Below, piece by piece: positions 28,465 through 39,421 of a DNA stretch of 64,000 bases (position 1 is its first letter; each line of letters opens with the position of its first letter). The stretch spans positions 83,786-147,785 of the forward strand of contig CAWDLW010000027.1 of NCBI GenBank assembly GCA_963803145.1, in the 5' to 3' direction. Under the pieces are notes generated by a model. The model was not told the DNA's origin, did not search any database, and saw only the letters and a list, made by a program, of their open reading frames with translations. The position numbers and the translations under genes are program-made. This DNA comes from Methanotrichaceae archaeon. Its GTDB lineage: Archaea; Halobacteriota; Methanosarcinia; Methanotrichales; Methanotrichaceae.

Positions 28465-28825
28465 TCTACCCCTCCCTGGAAGGTAAATAGGCTGTCAGAT
28501 ATAACTATTTATAATCTTTTGTTTAACTTTTATACCTAAAGGACCGCCATTAAATTAAAAGGATGTAAAATTGCATATATCGTGAATGAAAGATCTGCAA
28601 AATTACTCTCTTAAAACTTGTTCTAAAATAAATGCTATGCAGCCGGCTGCGAGATGCGTATATTGATTAAATTATTGGTCATAATAATGATCATAATCCT
28701 ATAGATATAAGAACAAGGTGGCTGCCGGTAAGAGGTCATTAGGGGAATTAATAAGCAAATATTTCCAGGGCCGTCTCAAGAAATACTATAAAATAGGTAG
28801 CCAAAGCATATCGAATAGAGGTTAT

Positions 28826-29032
28826 ATGGTACAGGCAAAAAATGGCCAGAATCGTTGTGACATCCACCTAGGTCTAGAGGTCGATGTTATTCTCAAGAAA
28901 GATCAGCGCAGCAATAAGAGAACCCGTGGAATAGTTGAGGAAATCCTTACCAACTCCTCATATCATCCTCACGGAATCAAGGTTCGCCTGAAGAGCGGCC
29001 AGGTCGGCAGGGTTCAGGAGATAATTCAATAG
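28826..29032 (+). CDS. YwbE (DUF2196) family protein
   Basis: VILKKDQRS.K.TRG.V.EILTNS..HPHGIKVRL.SGQVGRV. Confidence 0.9.
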   Translation: MVQAKNGQNRCDIHLGLEVDVILKKDQRSNKRTRGIVEEILTNSSYHPHGIKVRLKSGQVGRVQEIIQ

Positions 29033-29101
29033 CTTCAAGAAAGTCTTAAGCTGCTTAAGCAACCTGCAGCTATTAATATTGCCATTAACATCTCGATCCA
29101 T

Positions 29102-29386
29102 ATGGTAAAAGAGATTCATGCATGCCATATACTGGTCAAGAACGATAAGAAGGCAAAGGAAATTATGGAGAGGCTCGCCAAAGGAGGCGAAAGCTTTTCG
29201 GAGATGGCTCGAAAGTATTCCATATGCCCGTCCAGCAAGAACGGTGGAGATCTTGGCTGGTTCGCCAAAGGAAAGATGGTTCCTGAGTTCGAGAAGGCAG
29301 CCTTTGAGGGTGAAAAAGGCAAGTTAATCGGGCCTGTGCAAACAAAGTTTGGATACCATCTCATTAAGGTACTGGAAAAGAGATGA
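29102..29386 (+). CDS. ppiC: Parvulin-type peptidyl-prolyl isomerase
   Basis: HILVK, F..MARKYSICPS..NGGDLGWF..GKMVPEFE.AAF, TKFGYHLI. Confidence 0.92.
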   Translation: MVKEIHACHILVKNDKKAKEIMERLAKGGESFSEMARKYSICPSSKNGGDLGWFAKGKMVPEFEKAAFEGEKGKLIGPVQTKFGYHLIKVLEKR

Positions 29387-29476
29387 CTTGAAGATATGAG
29401 GACTATCCGCCTTCTCATCCGCTCTTCGTTCCTCTCTTCGGGACTTTGTTTTTCTTTTCAGACTCCCTCCAGCCCT

Positions 29477-30091
29477 TCAGGATAAGTTATCGCGGCTTAT
29501 CATGCTCTCAAATATCGGCCCTGCCTCAGCGAGCTTACCATGGGCCTTCGTGAGCTTGCCCATTTGAATATCATCTCCGGATATACCTATAATTGCAGTT
29601 AGGTTCTTCATGTCTCCTGTGAACCTGTCATCAAATTTGACTGCAAGGGGCCTGTATCCCGAGTACTTATCATTAAAGGCTGTAAGGGCAGTTGAAAGGT
29701 TCTGATAGCTATTGACAGATTCCTGGTTCATTCCCTTACTGGTGTAATCGAGCGTCAGGTTGTAAGGGTTCCTCATATCCATGATATCCTTTGCGAGCAT
29801 ATCCTTTGTGAGAACTGCACTTGCATAACTCCCTGCAACAGCAATCACAATTATGACAGCCAGCGATGCTCTGATCAGGTTCTTATTGCTTCTTCTTACC
29901 TTCTCACATGTGTTCAATCTTAGCATATTGTAAATGCCGCATACGCCCGTCGCCGCCTGGAAGACCATGACTACAGCTATTAGATAGAGAAGGATCTGCC
30001 ATTCTGTGCTTACCCAGAAGAAGCCCGCAATGAAGCAGACCTCTGCCAGAAAGACTCTAAGAAGCCTGTCAAGAGTGCCTACGTTTTTCAC
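29477..30091 (-). CDS. DUF2892 (YgaP-like) membrane protein with helical C-terminal extension
   Basis: KNVGTLDRLLR...G.C.IY.ML.LNT motif. Confidence 0.8.
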   Translation of the reverse strand: MKNVGTLDRLLRVFLAEVCFIAGFFWVSTEWQILLYLIAVVMVFQAATGVCGIYNMLRLNTCEKVRRSNKNLIRASLAVIIVIAVAGSYASAVLTKDMLAKDIMDMRNPYNLTLDYTSKGMNQESVNSYQNLSTALTAFNDKYSGYRPLAVKFDDRFTGDMKNLTAIIGISGDDIQMGKLTKAHGKLAEAGPIFESMISRDNLS

Positions 30092-30458
30092 GACCTGGAG
30101 GTTAAGTCGCGATTATTTAAGGCTTTGTTATTGCTGTACTATCCGATATGTATTGATGCATTGGAATGCTGATGTCGCAAGATACTTACGCAGTAGAATA
30201 TTGATGTTATGGACTCTCACCCCATCTATCTCTTCTATGGCTCTTTTCATACATGGCGTTAACCTCTGGATCTTGGACAGTGCATAAATAGCTTTTAAAT
30301 CCAAAGCTAACGCAGCACATACCACTACTATTCTGTTTATTCTTGATACATAATGCTACAGACCGGATTTAATTAAATTTAAATGAGGGAAATTACGTGG
30401 ATTGACGAAGCAAAATACAGCCTATGGGCTGATCCTGAAGCCTCGCTAAGTTTACAGG

Positions 30459-31391
30459 TCAAGACAAACTTTTGACCGATTCGATCATCAGCTGCCGCTC
30501 GACGACGCCGTACGTCTTAACAGGCGCGATGGGAAGTGTTGTTTCGCTCACGATGAACTCAGTCATCTCGACCTTCCTTACCCAATTTGAGTCCAGATCG
30601 ATGAAAATATCTCCTTTGTAATGTGAGGCTCCAACCGTCCTCGTTTCCAGGTTCGGCAGGGGATTCATAATCATCGTGAACAAGCTCTCTCCGGAATCGA
30701 ACATCACGACAGCGCAGGGCCGCTCCTTGACTAGACCTAGGCCTTTGAAATCCAGTATCACTTCGCCGTTCTTGAATGTCGAACCATTGGCGACATTGCT
30801 CCCCAGATTAACTGGCGGTTCGGAAAATGCGGTCTGGTGGACGAGCTTCTGCCCTACATCTTGCAGGTCCTGAATGCCCCGGCCGCTCGATGTCGGGCGT
30901 GCGAATACGTCACAAAAACTATGAAAATCAACAAAGGAGTTATAGACCAAATAAGCCGTGCCCGGAGGCAGGATCTTGCCGTTGTCGTCTAAAAGCTTTT
31001 CGAATTTGGCGTGGTCGATTCCGAGCACCTGTCCTTTTTCGTCACGGCAGTTAGCGGTCTTCCTGAAGATATATGTCCAGCCTTTAAGGGCGGGAATCTC
31101 TGCCGATGCTTCATCGTTTTGTACTAAGAACATGAGGCAGGTATACTCGTCGCCGTCCTTGCCTGTCAACGCAGCAGGGACGCATTTCAGGTCTAGGACA
31201 AGAGTATCGACACCGGAATGTTTCCCGTCAGGAGCGAATCGAATTACTTTGGTTTCCATGTGATAAAACTGGATCTCAGGGGCCCGTTTTCCGCCCAGGT
31301 TAAACTTCTGGTTTAACAGAAAGGCAGATGTGCCTTGAGGCGCGTTTTGCCCCGCATGTGTGATGGGTCCGCAGAGGCCATGAGGTTTCAT
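30459..31391 (-). CDS. Hypothetical protein
   Basis: 310-codon ORF with no family recognised; more GC-rich than its flanks. Confidence 0.65.
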   Translation of the reverse strand: MKPHGLCGPITHAGQNAPQGTSAFLLNQKFNLGGKRAPEIQFYHMETKVIRFAPDGKHSGVDTLVLDLKCVPAALTGKDGDEYTCLMFLVQNDEASAEIPALKGWTYIFRKTANCRDEKGQVLGIDHAKFEKLLDDNGKILPPGTAYLVYNSFVDFHSFCDVFARPTSSGRGIQDLQDVGQKLVHQTAFSEPPVNLGSNVANGSTFKNGEVILDFKGLGLVKERPCAVVMFDSGESLFTMIMNPLPNLETRTVGASHYKGDIFIDLDSNWVRKVEMTEFIVSETTLPIAPVKTYGVVERQLMIESVKSLS

Positions 31392-32143
31392 GAATTTTAT
31401 CTGCCGTTAGGTTAGAAATAGCTTACTATCAATATGACCGAATAGCTCATGGTCACTACCGGCAAATTATATTGAATTGCTCTCGATTCCGGTGCCCCCA
31501 TATCGATCTATTTTGATAATTTATTCACGCTGAAATTTTGGGTAGTGCCTATCTTGAAAATACGACATATAATATAAAACTTAGAGTATCTCTGGCCCTG
31601 CCTATTGATCCAATAACACTGCGATTAGAAGGGCTATACACTTTATGTTATCTCAATCGTCTATATCTAGTATAGATTCAAGTTGTTATTACTGTGTTTT
31701 TATTGTATGTGGTAGTCTCTGTGATAAGAGGCGAAAGCTAAATTGAGGAACTGCCATACTCTTCCTCTGATTAAAAATTTATACGTGCTGCAATAGCTAA
31801 TTTACTAAATAGCTAATTTACTATATCGATAGTCTATCCCATATTCCGCAGTATTGATTTTCAAAATCTATAATTTTCATGAAACTTAGGTCAAATTAAT
31901 ATTTACAATTTGCTGGCCAAATCGTTATTTCACACAAAAAAGAGGTGCCGAGATAACTGGCTGAAATAGTTTCTATTTTTCAAGTTGTTTACTTAAATTC
32001 GTTATTAGGATTCAATGTGCAAATTTAAATTAGTTTGAAAATTATTTTTGCTTGAAATGAAAGTGCGGAATGTGGGGTCTATGATTAGCTTGTATTACAA
32101 ATCTGAAAAGACACTAAAAATTGGATAGCTGAGCCTTGAAGGC

Positions 32144-33376
32144 TCAGGTATATTGCACCCCGAGATCCTCGGGCTCGCTCATATTTCTCTCTTTATGCAG
32201 GATCTTGTTTATCGCACTCTCAAAATCGCTCTGGTAGATTGTGGTCCGCTCCTCACGGATCGCAAACATGCCGGCTTCAGTAGATATTGCCTTGAGATCT
32301 GCTCCACTTGATCCTTCAGTTAGATCCGCGATTTTGCCCATATCCACATCGTCGTCCAAATTCATATCAGAGGCATGAATCATCAGTATAGTCTTCCTAG
32401 CATCTTTATTCGGTATGGGAATCTCTATTACTCTATCGAATCTCCCTGGTCTGAGCAACGCGGGATCAAGCATATCCAGGCGGTTTGTAGCAGCAATAAG
32501 CTTTACCTCTCCGCGAGGGTCAAAGCCATCCATCTCTGCCAGAAGCTGCATCAGCGTCCTCTGAACCTCACGATCTCCGCTTGTCGCGCCATCCATCCTG
32601 CGTGCGCCAATAGCATCCAGCTCATCTATGAATATAATCGCCGGTGCCTCGGCCTTCGCCAGCTCAAACAGCTCGCGGACAAGTCGAGCGCCTTCACCAA
32701 TATACTTCTGGACGAACTCGGACCCAACGACTCTTAGGAAGGTTGCCTCTGTGCTATGTGCAACAGCCTTCGCAAGAATTGTCTTTCCTGTCCCAGGCGG
32801 CCCATGAAGGAGAACCCCTTTTGGCGGCTCAATCCCTACTGCCTCGAATAGGTCAGGCCTTTTCAGCGGCAGCTCGACAATCTCTCTGATCTCGGATATC
32901 TGAGTATCCAGGCCTCCGATCTGGGCAAAATCCACATTGGGAGCTTCCTCGATCTCCATGCCGAAGACTGCAGGATCGCGCGGCGATGGCAGGACGCACA
33001 TTACCGCAAATGATTGCTGATTAAGGCCAACTTGTACACCAGGCTTGATCTCTTCTTCAATGAATTGTGATAGGTTAACAACGAATCTTGGTCCAGTACT
33101 GCTTTTAACGATGACCCTGTTCTCGTCTAGGACATCGATGATGGTGCCCACGATCATGGGACCTACACGTAATCTCTCAAGCTCGCTTCTAAGTTTTCTG
33201 GCCTCCCGCTCGAATTTGAGCTTCTGGTTTTCAATGACTCTTTTCTCACCTTCTACTCTATCCTTCTGCTCTCTAAGTGCCAGATTGCGTTCCTCAAGCT
33301 GACGCATGCGATCCAGGATGTAGCGGGAGAAATCCGCGCCACCCTGGGGCTCGTTTAAACCATCTCCGCTGTCCAT
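32144..33376 (-). CDS. pan: Proteasome-activating nucleotidase
   Basis: Coiled coil, OB domain, [31 protein letters not shown] and a HbYX tail (QYT). Likely start ATG 33376. Confidence 0.96.
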   Translation of the reverse strand: MDSGDGLNEPQGGADFSRYILDRMRQLEERNLALREQKDRVEGEKRVIENQKLKFEREARKLRSELERLRVGPMIVGTIIDVLDENRVIVKSSTGPRFVVNLSQFIEEEIKPGVQVGLNQQSFAVMCVLPSPRDPAVFGMEIEEAPNVDFAQIGGLDTQISEIREIVELPLKRPDLFEAVGIEPPKGVLLHGPPGTGKTILAKAVAHSTEATFLRVVGSEFVQKYIGEGARLVRELFELAKAEAPAIIFIDELDAIGARRMDGATSGDREVQRTLMQLLAEMDGFDPRGEVKLIAATNRLDMLDPALLRPGRFDRVIEIPIPNKDARKTILMIHASDMNLDDDVDMGKIADLTEGSSGADLKAISTEAGMFAIREERTTIYQSDFESAINKILHKERNMSEPEDLGVQYT

Positions 33377-33421
33377 ATCTACAAAGATTATTAAACTCCG
33401 ACCCCTATAAAGGTTTCCGAA

Positions 33422-33910
33422 ATGAACGAGAAACAATGCGAAATATGCGGCGCTCAGATTCAAGGGAGTCCCAATCGGATAGTGATTGATGGATCTGCTC
33501 TAGAAGTCTGCAAAGGCTGTGCGCGCTTTGGAAAGCCTGATGACAAATGGTCTCCGGTTCCAAGAAGAATGGTCCCGACTGAGAGAGCATTTACTGCCAG
33601 ACGGCCCAAACCACGCGACCATTTCAAGGATTTAGTAGAGTTTGTTCCCGAATATGGGCGAAAGATAAGAGATGCTCGTGAGACCCAGGGCCTCACACCT
33701 GAAGAACTTGGAGCGAGAATTAAGGAGAAGGCTGCGCTTATCAAGAAGATAGAGCGCGAGGAGATTGCTCCAGAAGATGATATTCGGAAGAAGCTGGAAA
33801 AAGAGCTGAAGATAAAGCTCACAGACGAGGTATCTGAAGGAAGGGTTAAATCTATGGGCGGAGCAAAAGGCCTGACTCTAGGAGACATTGCCAATATCAA
33901 ACGGAAATGA
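33422..33910 (+). CDS. mbf1: Archaeal multiprotein bridging factor aMBF1
   Basis: CEICG...VC..C zinc ribbon, HTH and LTLGD motif; divergent from pan. Confidence 0.93.
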   Translation: MNEKQCEICGAQIQGSPNRIVIDGSALEVCKGCARFGKPDDKWSPVPRRMVPTERAFTARRPKPRDHFKDLVEFVPEYGRKIRDARETQGLTPEELGARIKEKAALIKKIEREEIAPEDDIRKKLEKELKIKLTDEVSEGRVKSMGGAKGLTLGDIANIKRK

Positions 33911-34485
33911 CAGAGAATGTAAGCCGATTAATCATCGGCGGCGGGGTAGTGGTCTACCCAACTGAAACTATTTATGGACTTGGAGCGAATGCGCTCGACG
34001 ACCAGGCCATAATGAGGGTGTTCCAGATCAAAAGAAGACCCCTCACAAAGCCTATCTTCCTAGCAGTCTCCAGCTTCGAGATGCTCGAAAAGGTCGCGGA
34101 GATAAGCAAAGAGGACTTAGTCATCTTAGAAAAGCTTCTTCCTGGACCAGTATCGGTGCTGGTAAAAAAGAGAAGCATAGTGCCTGATATTCTGACCGCC
34201 GGGTCCCCAATGGTAGGAATTAGGTTCCCTGATCATGAAATTGCACTTAAGATAATAGACCGAGCCGGGCCTATAACCTCAACTAGCGCCAATAGAACTG
34301 GAGCGCCATCTCCAACAAGCGCATCCGAGGTTTCCAATGAGATAGAAAGCCGCGTTGATGCTGTTTTAGATGGCGGAAAGTGCAAATATTCTCAGCCTTC
34401 GACGCTTCTTGACCTGGCAAACAGAAGGATACTCAGAGAGGGGGCTGGCCTGGATAAAGTGAGGAGCATTCTCGCGGAGCTGTAA
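33907..34485 (+). CDS. L-threonylcarbamoyladenylate synthase (Sua5/TsaC/YrdC)
   Basis: YPTETIYGLGA, KRRP..KP, PGPVS and TSTSAN. Confidence 0.92.
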   Translation: MTENVSRLIIGGGVVVYPTETIYGLGANALDDQAIMRVFQIKRRPLTKPIFLAVSSFEMLEKVAEISKEDLVILEKLLPGPVSVLVKKRSIVPDILTAGSPMVGIRFPDHEIALKIIDRAGPITSTSANRTGAPSPTSASEVSNEIESRVDAVLDGGKCKYSQPSTLLDLANRRILREGAGLDKVRSILAEL

Positions 34486-35414
34486 TGAGGGCCAGGATCC
34501 GCGATTTTTTTGAGTCAAAAGATAATTGGATATTCGCCGTTGCTGATTATCATCATACCGATGGCATAAGATCAATGCTCAGGTATGTGCCTGACCATTG
34601 CGGAGAGCGTACCGCTAACGGTATAAAGTACAGAAAGCTAGATTTTGATGACGCTTTTGCTTTTCTCCGGAAAGTTAGGCCGGATTATGTCCAGGATTTA
34701 CATGTTGTTCCTATAGAGGATGTAAAACGTCTTTACGATCCGATTGTTGGCCTAAGCAGAGTTATGGAGCAGGACTCGAGAGTAAACAGGATAGCTACTA
34801 CTTTAGCCGATGAGGGCATTCCGCTGCAGAAAATGGGTATCACAGGCTCGATGCTTCTGGGTCTACATGGCCCATCATCAGATATCGATTTTGTTGTCTA
34901 CGGCCCCTGGTGGTGGAAGGCCCGCGATGTATTATCCAGTGCAAAGTTGGATGGACGAATCCAGGAGCTTGACGTGGCAATGTGGCGCCGGATTTATGCC
35001 AAAAGGAAGCCTGAGATCAGCTTTGATGAGTTTGTCCTTCATGAAAAGAGGAAGGGCAACCGCGGGATGATCGATGGGACTTATTTCGATCTCCTTTTCA
35101 CACGCGATTGGAGCCAAATCGGAGAGGCTCAGAAGCGTGGTAGAACTCTAGGAACGCGAAAGATTGTAGCCAAAGTTAGAAATGCAGAGTTTGCTTTCGA
35201 CAGCCCCGCAATATTCGCGCTGGAACATGAAGAGATAAATGAGATTTTCTGCTATTCCCACACCTATGCCGGCCAGGCTCTGCCTGGCGAAACCATTGAA
35301 GCCTCGGGCATAGTCGAGGAAACTCGAGAAGGACGTAGACTGATCGTGGGAACAACACGCGAAGCGAAAGGCGAATGGATAAGATCGCTCACGCTGCTTG
35401 AGGGCGGAAGATAG
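34485..35414 (+). CDS. Predicted archaeal nucleotidyltransferase (Pol-beta fold)
   Basis: GITGSMLLG....SDIDFVVYG motif. Confidence 0.8.
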   Translation: MRARIRDFFESKDNWIFAVADYHHTDGIRSMLRYVPDHCGERTANGIKYRKLDFDDAFAFLRKVRPDYVQDLHVVPIEDVKRLYDPIVGLSRVMEQDSRVNRIATTLADEGIPLQKMGITGSMLLGLHGPSSDIDFVVYGPWWWKARDVLSSAKLDGRIQELDVAMWRRIYAKRKPEISFDEFVLHEKRKGNRGMIDGTYFDLLFTRDWSQIGEAQKRGRTLGTRKIVAKVRNAEFAFDSPAIFALEHEEINEIFCYSHTYAGQALPGETIEASGIVEETREGRRLIVGTTREAKGEWIRSLTLLEGGR

Positions 35415-35469
35415 AATAGATCCATAACTACTACTACTAATCAGATTACCACCAAAAGAGGTCCTTTCT

Positions 35470-36984
35470 ATGTTGGAAGTTCATCCATTTGATATCGAGA
35501 TCGGCCAGCACAAGGTCATGCTCAATATAAAAGATGCCAATGAGCATGGATTGATTGCCGGGGATCGCGTAAGGGTCAGGACAAAGGGAGCTGCAATAAC
35601 AGCTATATTAGACACGACGACTCAGATGGTCAAACCCGGGGAGATAGGCATATTCACAGAGGCTCTCAAAGAGCTAAAAGACGCTAGAAGCGTTGATATC
35701 ATGCCTGCTCCAAGGCCACTCTCTCTCTGCTACATAAAGAAGATGATGGATAATGAGAAGCTGAATGAGGAGCAGATAAGGTCGATTGTGCAGGATATAG
35801 TAGATAATAATTTGAGTGAAATTGAGCTTTCCGCATACATTACGACCTCGTACATTTATAAAATGGACTCTCAGGAGACCGAATGGCTGACGAAGGCAAT
35901 GATCGAGACAGGAAATAGAATTCACTTTGATACGCATCCTGTCATGGATAAACACAGCATAGGAGGCGTTCCAGGAAACAAGGTTTCTTTGCTGGTTGTT
36001 CCAATTGTTGCAGCTTCAGGCCTCCTTATCCCCAAGACCAGCTCACGTGCGATAACAGGGGCCGGGGGAACTGCAGATCTTATGGAAATACTTGCACCAG
36101 TTGAATTCAGCGCAGATGAGATCAAGGAGATAACCGAGCGCGTTGGCGGAGTCATAGCCTGGGGCGGCGCGACGAATATCGCCCCGGCAGATGATAAGCT
36201 TATCAAAGCCGAGTATGCCCTCTCAATCGATCCCTACAGCCAGATGCTTGCGTCCATTATGGCCAAGAAGGGTGCCGTCGGAGCTGATGCTGTTGTTGTT
36301 GATATGCCGGTTGGGCCCGGCACAAAGCTGCCGACGCCTGAATCCGGGCGTTCCCTCGCCAAAGATCTCATAGACCTTGGAGAACGGATTGGCATCCGCG
36401 TGGAATGTGCGATGACTTTTGGAGGATCGCCTGTGGGGAGGACCATCGGCCCGGCGCTTGAGGTCAAGGAAGCGCTCACACTGCTGGAGAATAAAGGAGG
36501 TCCGAACAGCTTAAAGGAGAAGAGCTTGTCCCTGGCAGGGATACTGCTGGAAATGGGCGGGGTCGCAGGTAGAGGAGACGGCTATAAGGTAGCTGAGGAG
36601 ATATTGACCAGCGGAAAGGCTCACAAGAAGCTGATGGAGATAATCGAGGCGCAAGGAGGCAATCCCAATGTCAAGAGCGAGGAAATCCAAATCGGAGAGC
36701 ACTCTGAGGCAATCCTTTCCCCAAGCAGCGGCTATATAGTGGCCTTCTTTAATAAACGACTTGTTGAGCTGGCGAGGATGGCCGGTGCTCCCTCTGATAA
36801 GTTAGCGGGCGTATTAATCCATAAGAAGATGGGCGAACAGGTCAAGAAAGGCGAGCCTCTCATAACGATCTGCTCAAGCTCTGATTGGGAGCTTGAAAGT
36901 GCTGTGAAGGATGCCAAGAAACAAATGCCCATCGTCGTTGAAGGCATGCTCCTGGAGAGATATCCCAGAGTCACAGAAATATAA
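35470..36984 (+). CDS. AMP phosphorylase
   Basis: DKHSIGGVPGNK, PKTSSRAIT...GTAD and GGATNIAPADD, plus the archaeal N-terminal extension. Confidence 0.93.
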   Translation: MLEVHPFDIEIGQHKVMLNIKDANEHGLIAGDRVRVRTKGAAITAILDTTTQMVKPGEIGIFTEALKELKDARSVDIMPAPRPLSLCYIKKMMDNEKLNEEQIRSIVQDIVDNNLSEIELSAYITTSYIYKMDSQETEWLTKAMIETGNRIHFDTHPVMDKHSIGGVPGNKVSLLVVPIVAASGLLIPKTSSRAITGAGGTADLMEILAPVEFSADEIKEITERVGGVIAWGGATNIAPADDKLIKAEYALSIDPYSQMLASIMAKKGAVGADAVVVDMPVGPGTKLPTPESGRSLAKDLIDLGERIGIRVECAMTFGGSPVGRTIGPALEVKEALTLLENKGGPNSLKEKSLSLAGILLEMGGVAGRGDGYKVAEEILTSGKAHKKLMEIIEAQGGNPNVKSEEIQIGEHSEAILSPSSGYIVAFFNKRLVELARMAGAPSDKLAGVLIHKKMGEQVKKGEPLITICSSSDWELESAVKDAKKQMPIVVEGMLLERYPRVTEI

Positions 36985-37000
36985 ACGGGAAAGAGAAGGC

Positions 37001-37846
37001 ATGAAGGTCGCTATAACCTATCACGAGGATTTCGGGAAGCACGGATTCAGCGTCCTCAAAGAGAGGATCAGGCCATCCTTTGAAGCGCTGATGGAATCAG
37101 GCATAGTTGATGGCGAGGAGATCCAGATTTTTAAGCCAAGCCCTGCTCCATTGAGGCTTGTTAGGCAGGCGCACACTAAGGAACATATGGATAATATGGC
37201 TACAGATCCCTACAGAGATGTGGCCATATTATCTGCAGGAAGCGTTATTATGGCAGCCGAGCTTGTATGTGCAGGCCAGGCGGAGTCAGCTTTCGCATAC
37301 ACAGGAACTGCAGGCCACCACGCCTCCAGAGGAAGCTGCTGGGGATTTTGCTACTTCAACGATGTAGCAATAACAATCTTAAGGCTTAGGGAGCTGGGTT
37401 TAACGCGTTTTCTTATTGTGGATGTTGATCCCCATTTCGGCGACGGGACACGCGACTTCTTCGAAGAAGACCCTGATGTGTTTCATATAAACTTTTACAG
37501 CGGCACAGAGGAGAAGCACGACCCTGAGAGAAACAACTATGATATAGGCCTCGGCTTCGGCGCGAGTAATGATCAATTCCTGAGCGCACTCGTTAGTGCA
37601 CTGGAGCTTGCCAAAGACTTTGACTTCCAGTTAGCCTTCGTCATATTCGGCCATGATTCGCATCAGGACGATTATGGAGGCTTTATGCTGACGTTCGATG
37701 CCTATCCAGAGATGGCTAAATTGATCAAGGATGCAGTCGGGGATAAAGGACTTATCTTTGTTCTTAGCGGTGGATCATGCATCCATGTTGCAAAGCAGGT
37801 TATACCTAATGTCATAAAAGTCCTGGCAGGGCGGTGGCCCCCTTGA
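37001..37846 (+). CDS. Histone deacetylase / acetoin utilisation (AcuC) family protein
   Basis: AGHHA...GFCYFNDVA, DVDPHFGDGT, GHDSHQDD and LSGG. Confidence 0.9.
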   Translation: MKVAITYHEDFGKHGFSVLKERIRPSFEALMESGIVDGEEIQIFKPSPAPLRLVRQAHTKEHMDNMATDPYRDVAILSAGSVIMAAELVCAGQAESAFAYTGTAGHHASRGSCWGFCYFNDVAITILRLRELGLTRFLIVDVDPHFGDGTRDFFEEDPDVFHINFYSGTEEKHDPERNNYDIGLGFGASNDQFLSALVSALELAKDFDFQLAFVIFGHDSHQDDYGGFMLTFDAYPEMAKLIKDAVGDKGLIFVLSGGSCIHVAKQVIPNVIKVLAGRWPP

Positions 37847-38709
37847 AAATGGCTTCAAACTGTTACCCCTGCATCCTCGACAGAGCGAAGTTCGAGTGTG
37901 ATCTGGTATTCTCTGATGAGCCGGCGAAGAAAGCTGCAATGGAAGAGCTACTGGACTACATGGCATGTCATAAAGGCGGTGTGCCGGCCCTTGTAGGAAC
38001 TGAAAGGGAGCGGATAATAAAGAGACGAAGCGGGTGCCCAGATCCTTACCATGGCCTGAAGGATGAGAGCAACCGTTTAGCAGAGAGGATTCTTCCGATT
38101 GCAGAGCAGTTTTATTCAAAATCGGAGAATAAGCTGGAGGCACTGATAAGAATTGCAGCCGCAGCCAATTCAATGGAGTTCGGTGTCAAGGGGCACGACT
38201 TCAGCAATTCGACCTTTGGAAATTATTTCGCAAAAACACTGGAGGAAAGGCTCGAAGGGGATCTGGAGAAGGTAAAAAACCTATTAGACGGCTTTAAGAA
38301 CATCTTCTACCTCACGGATAACTCGGGAGAGGTTATATTCGATCTCTTTGTGATATCTAAGCTCAATGATATGAATAAAAGAGTGATAATAGGATCGAAA
38401 TCCGAGCCTATACTCAATGATGTCACTGCTGATGAGCTTCGCGGTCTGACCGATAATGAAATAATATCCACAGGCTCAGTCGTTGGGACATCTCTCGAGT
38501 GTATCAGCCCTGACGCTCTCGCGCTTTTGCTCGATAAAGACTGGCTCATAATATCCAAGGGTATGGGAAATTTCGAGACCATGTCGGAGTTTCAAGGAAT
38601 GCTGAAGGGCAGATTGATCTATATTCTGCGCGCCAAATGCGAACCGGTTGCCGATAAGCTAGGGGTGCCAAGGGGAACGCTCGTAGCAAGGACTATCGAT
38701 CAGCGATAA
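37834..38709 (+). CDS. DUF89 (ARMT1-like) damage-control phosphatase
   Basis: CYPC, DPY...K, LTDNSGE..FD, PILNDVT, ISKGMGNFET and AKC.PVA. Confidence 0.9.
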   Translation: MAPLKMASNCYPCILDRAKFECDLVFSDEPAKKAAMEELLDYMACHKGGVPALVGTERERIIKRRSGCPDPYHGLKDESNRLAERILPIAEQFYSKSENKLEALIRIAAAANSMEFGVKGHDFSNSTFGNYFAKTLEERLEGDLEKVKNLLDGFKNIFYLTDNSGEVIFDLFVISKLNDMNKRVIIGSKSEPILNDVTADELRGLTDNEIISTGSVVGTSLECISPDALALLLDKDWLIISKGMGNFETMSEFQGMLKGRLIYILRAKCEPVADKLGVPRGTLVARTIDQR

Positions 38710-39356
38710 TACATATCGCTTTCCTCACAGGTAGGCACTACAGGCAGATCAAACTCCAGGGCCTCCAGAGAGAAGTTCAGGCCGGTGAGGGATTGTACCG
38801 CCACTAGAAGATTCTTGGCTGCCTCGAGGTCCACAGGATCATCGCCTGAAGTTGTTCCAAGAAGACAAATGCCGTTTATCCCGTATAGTGGGGCAAGCCC
38901 TGCAAGGAGGCCGTTTATTCCACCGATGGCCCCAGTACGCAGCAGAGTAATTCCCAATTTTTCCAATTTTTCAGCCGTTTCAATATCACTGGCAACACCC
39001 AGGACGTTCTCCCTAGTATCTCCAACGTAAGCAGCGAGAGTGATGATATCTGTAACTTTAAGATCTCTTGCAGCTCCAAGGATCTCGCCCGCGAGAGCAT
39101 GCATCTCCCTGATCTCCAGGGGCTGGGCATCACCAGAAAGCACAAGAATATCCTCTCTGCTTTGAGAAGCCTTCAGCTCAGCATGTAGTAGGTATGAAAT
39201 GCCATCCTCAACCATTACTTGTGCAGGAAAGCCTGATGAAAAAAAGGGCTTGACAGTGTGGCATTCGAGGGCAGTAGCCAAGAAATCTGCCGCCACCTTG
39301 CCAACGCTTCCGATTCCTGGCAGGCCGCCGATACAAATGGTGCCGGAGCTAAACAT
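38700..39356 (-). CDS. PAC2-family proteasome assembly chaperone
   Basis: GLPGIGSVGKVA, GDAQP and G.CLLG.TSG...D..AA motifs. Confidence 0.85.
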   Translation of the reverse strand: MFSSGTICIGGLPGIGSVGKVAADFLATALECHTVKPFFSSGFPAQVMVEDGISYLLHAELKASQSREDILVLSGDAQPLEIREMHALAGEILGAARDLKVTDIITLAAYVGDTRENVLGVASDIETAEKLEKLGITLLRTGAIGGINGLLAGLAPLYGINGICLLGTTSGDDPVDLEAAKNLLVAVQSLTGLNFSLEALEFDLPVVPTCEESDMYYR

Positions 39357-39421
39357 CAACGGAAGGTTTTTCGTACATGTATAACATCCTTTCGGAAGCT
39401 GCGGCAGATTGAACGATAAAT

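Noticed and set aside
33377-33421. 45-bp divergent pan/mbf1 promoter as a novelty
   Set aside because: The pan-mbf1 neighbourhood is a known conserved archaeal arrangement.
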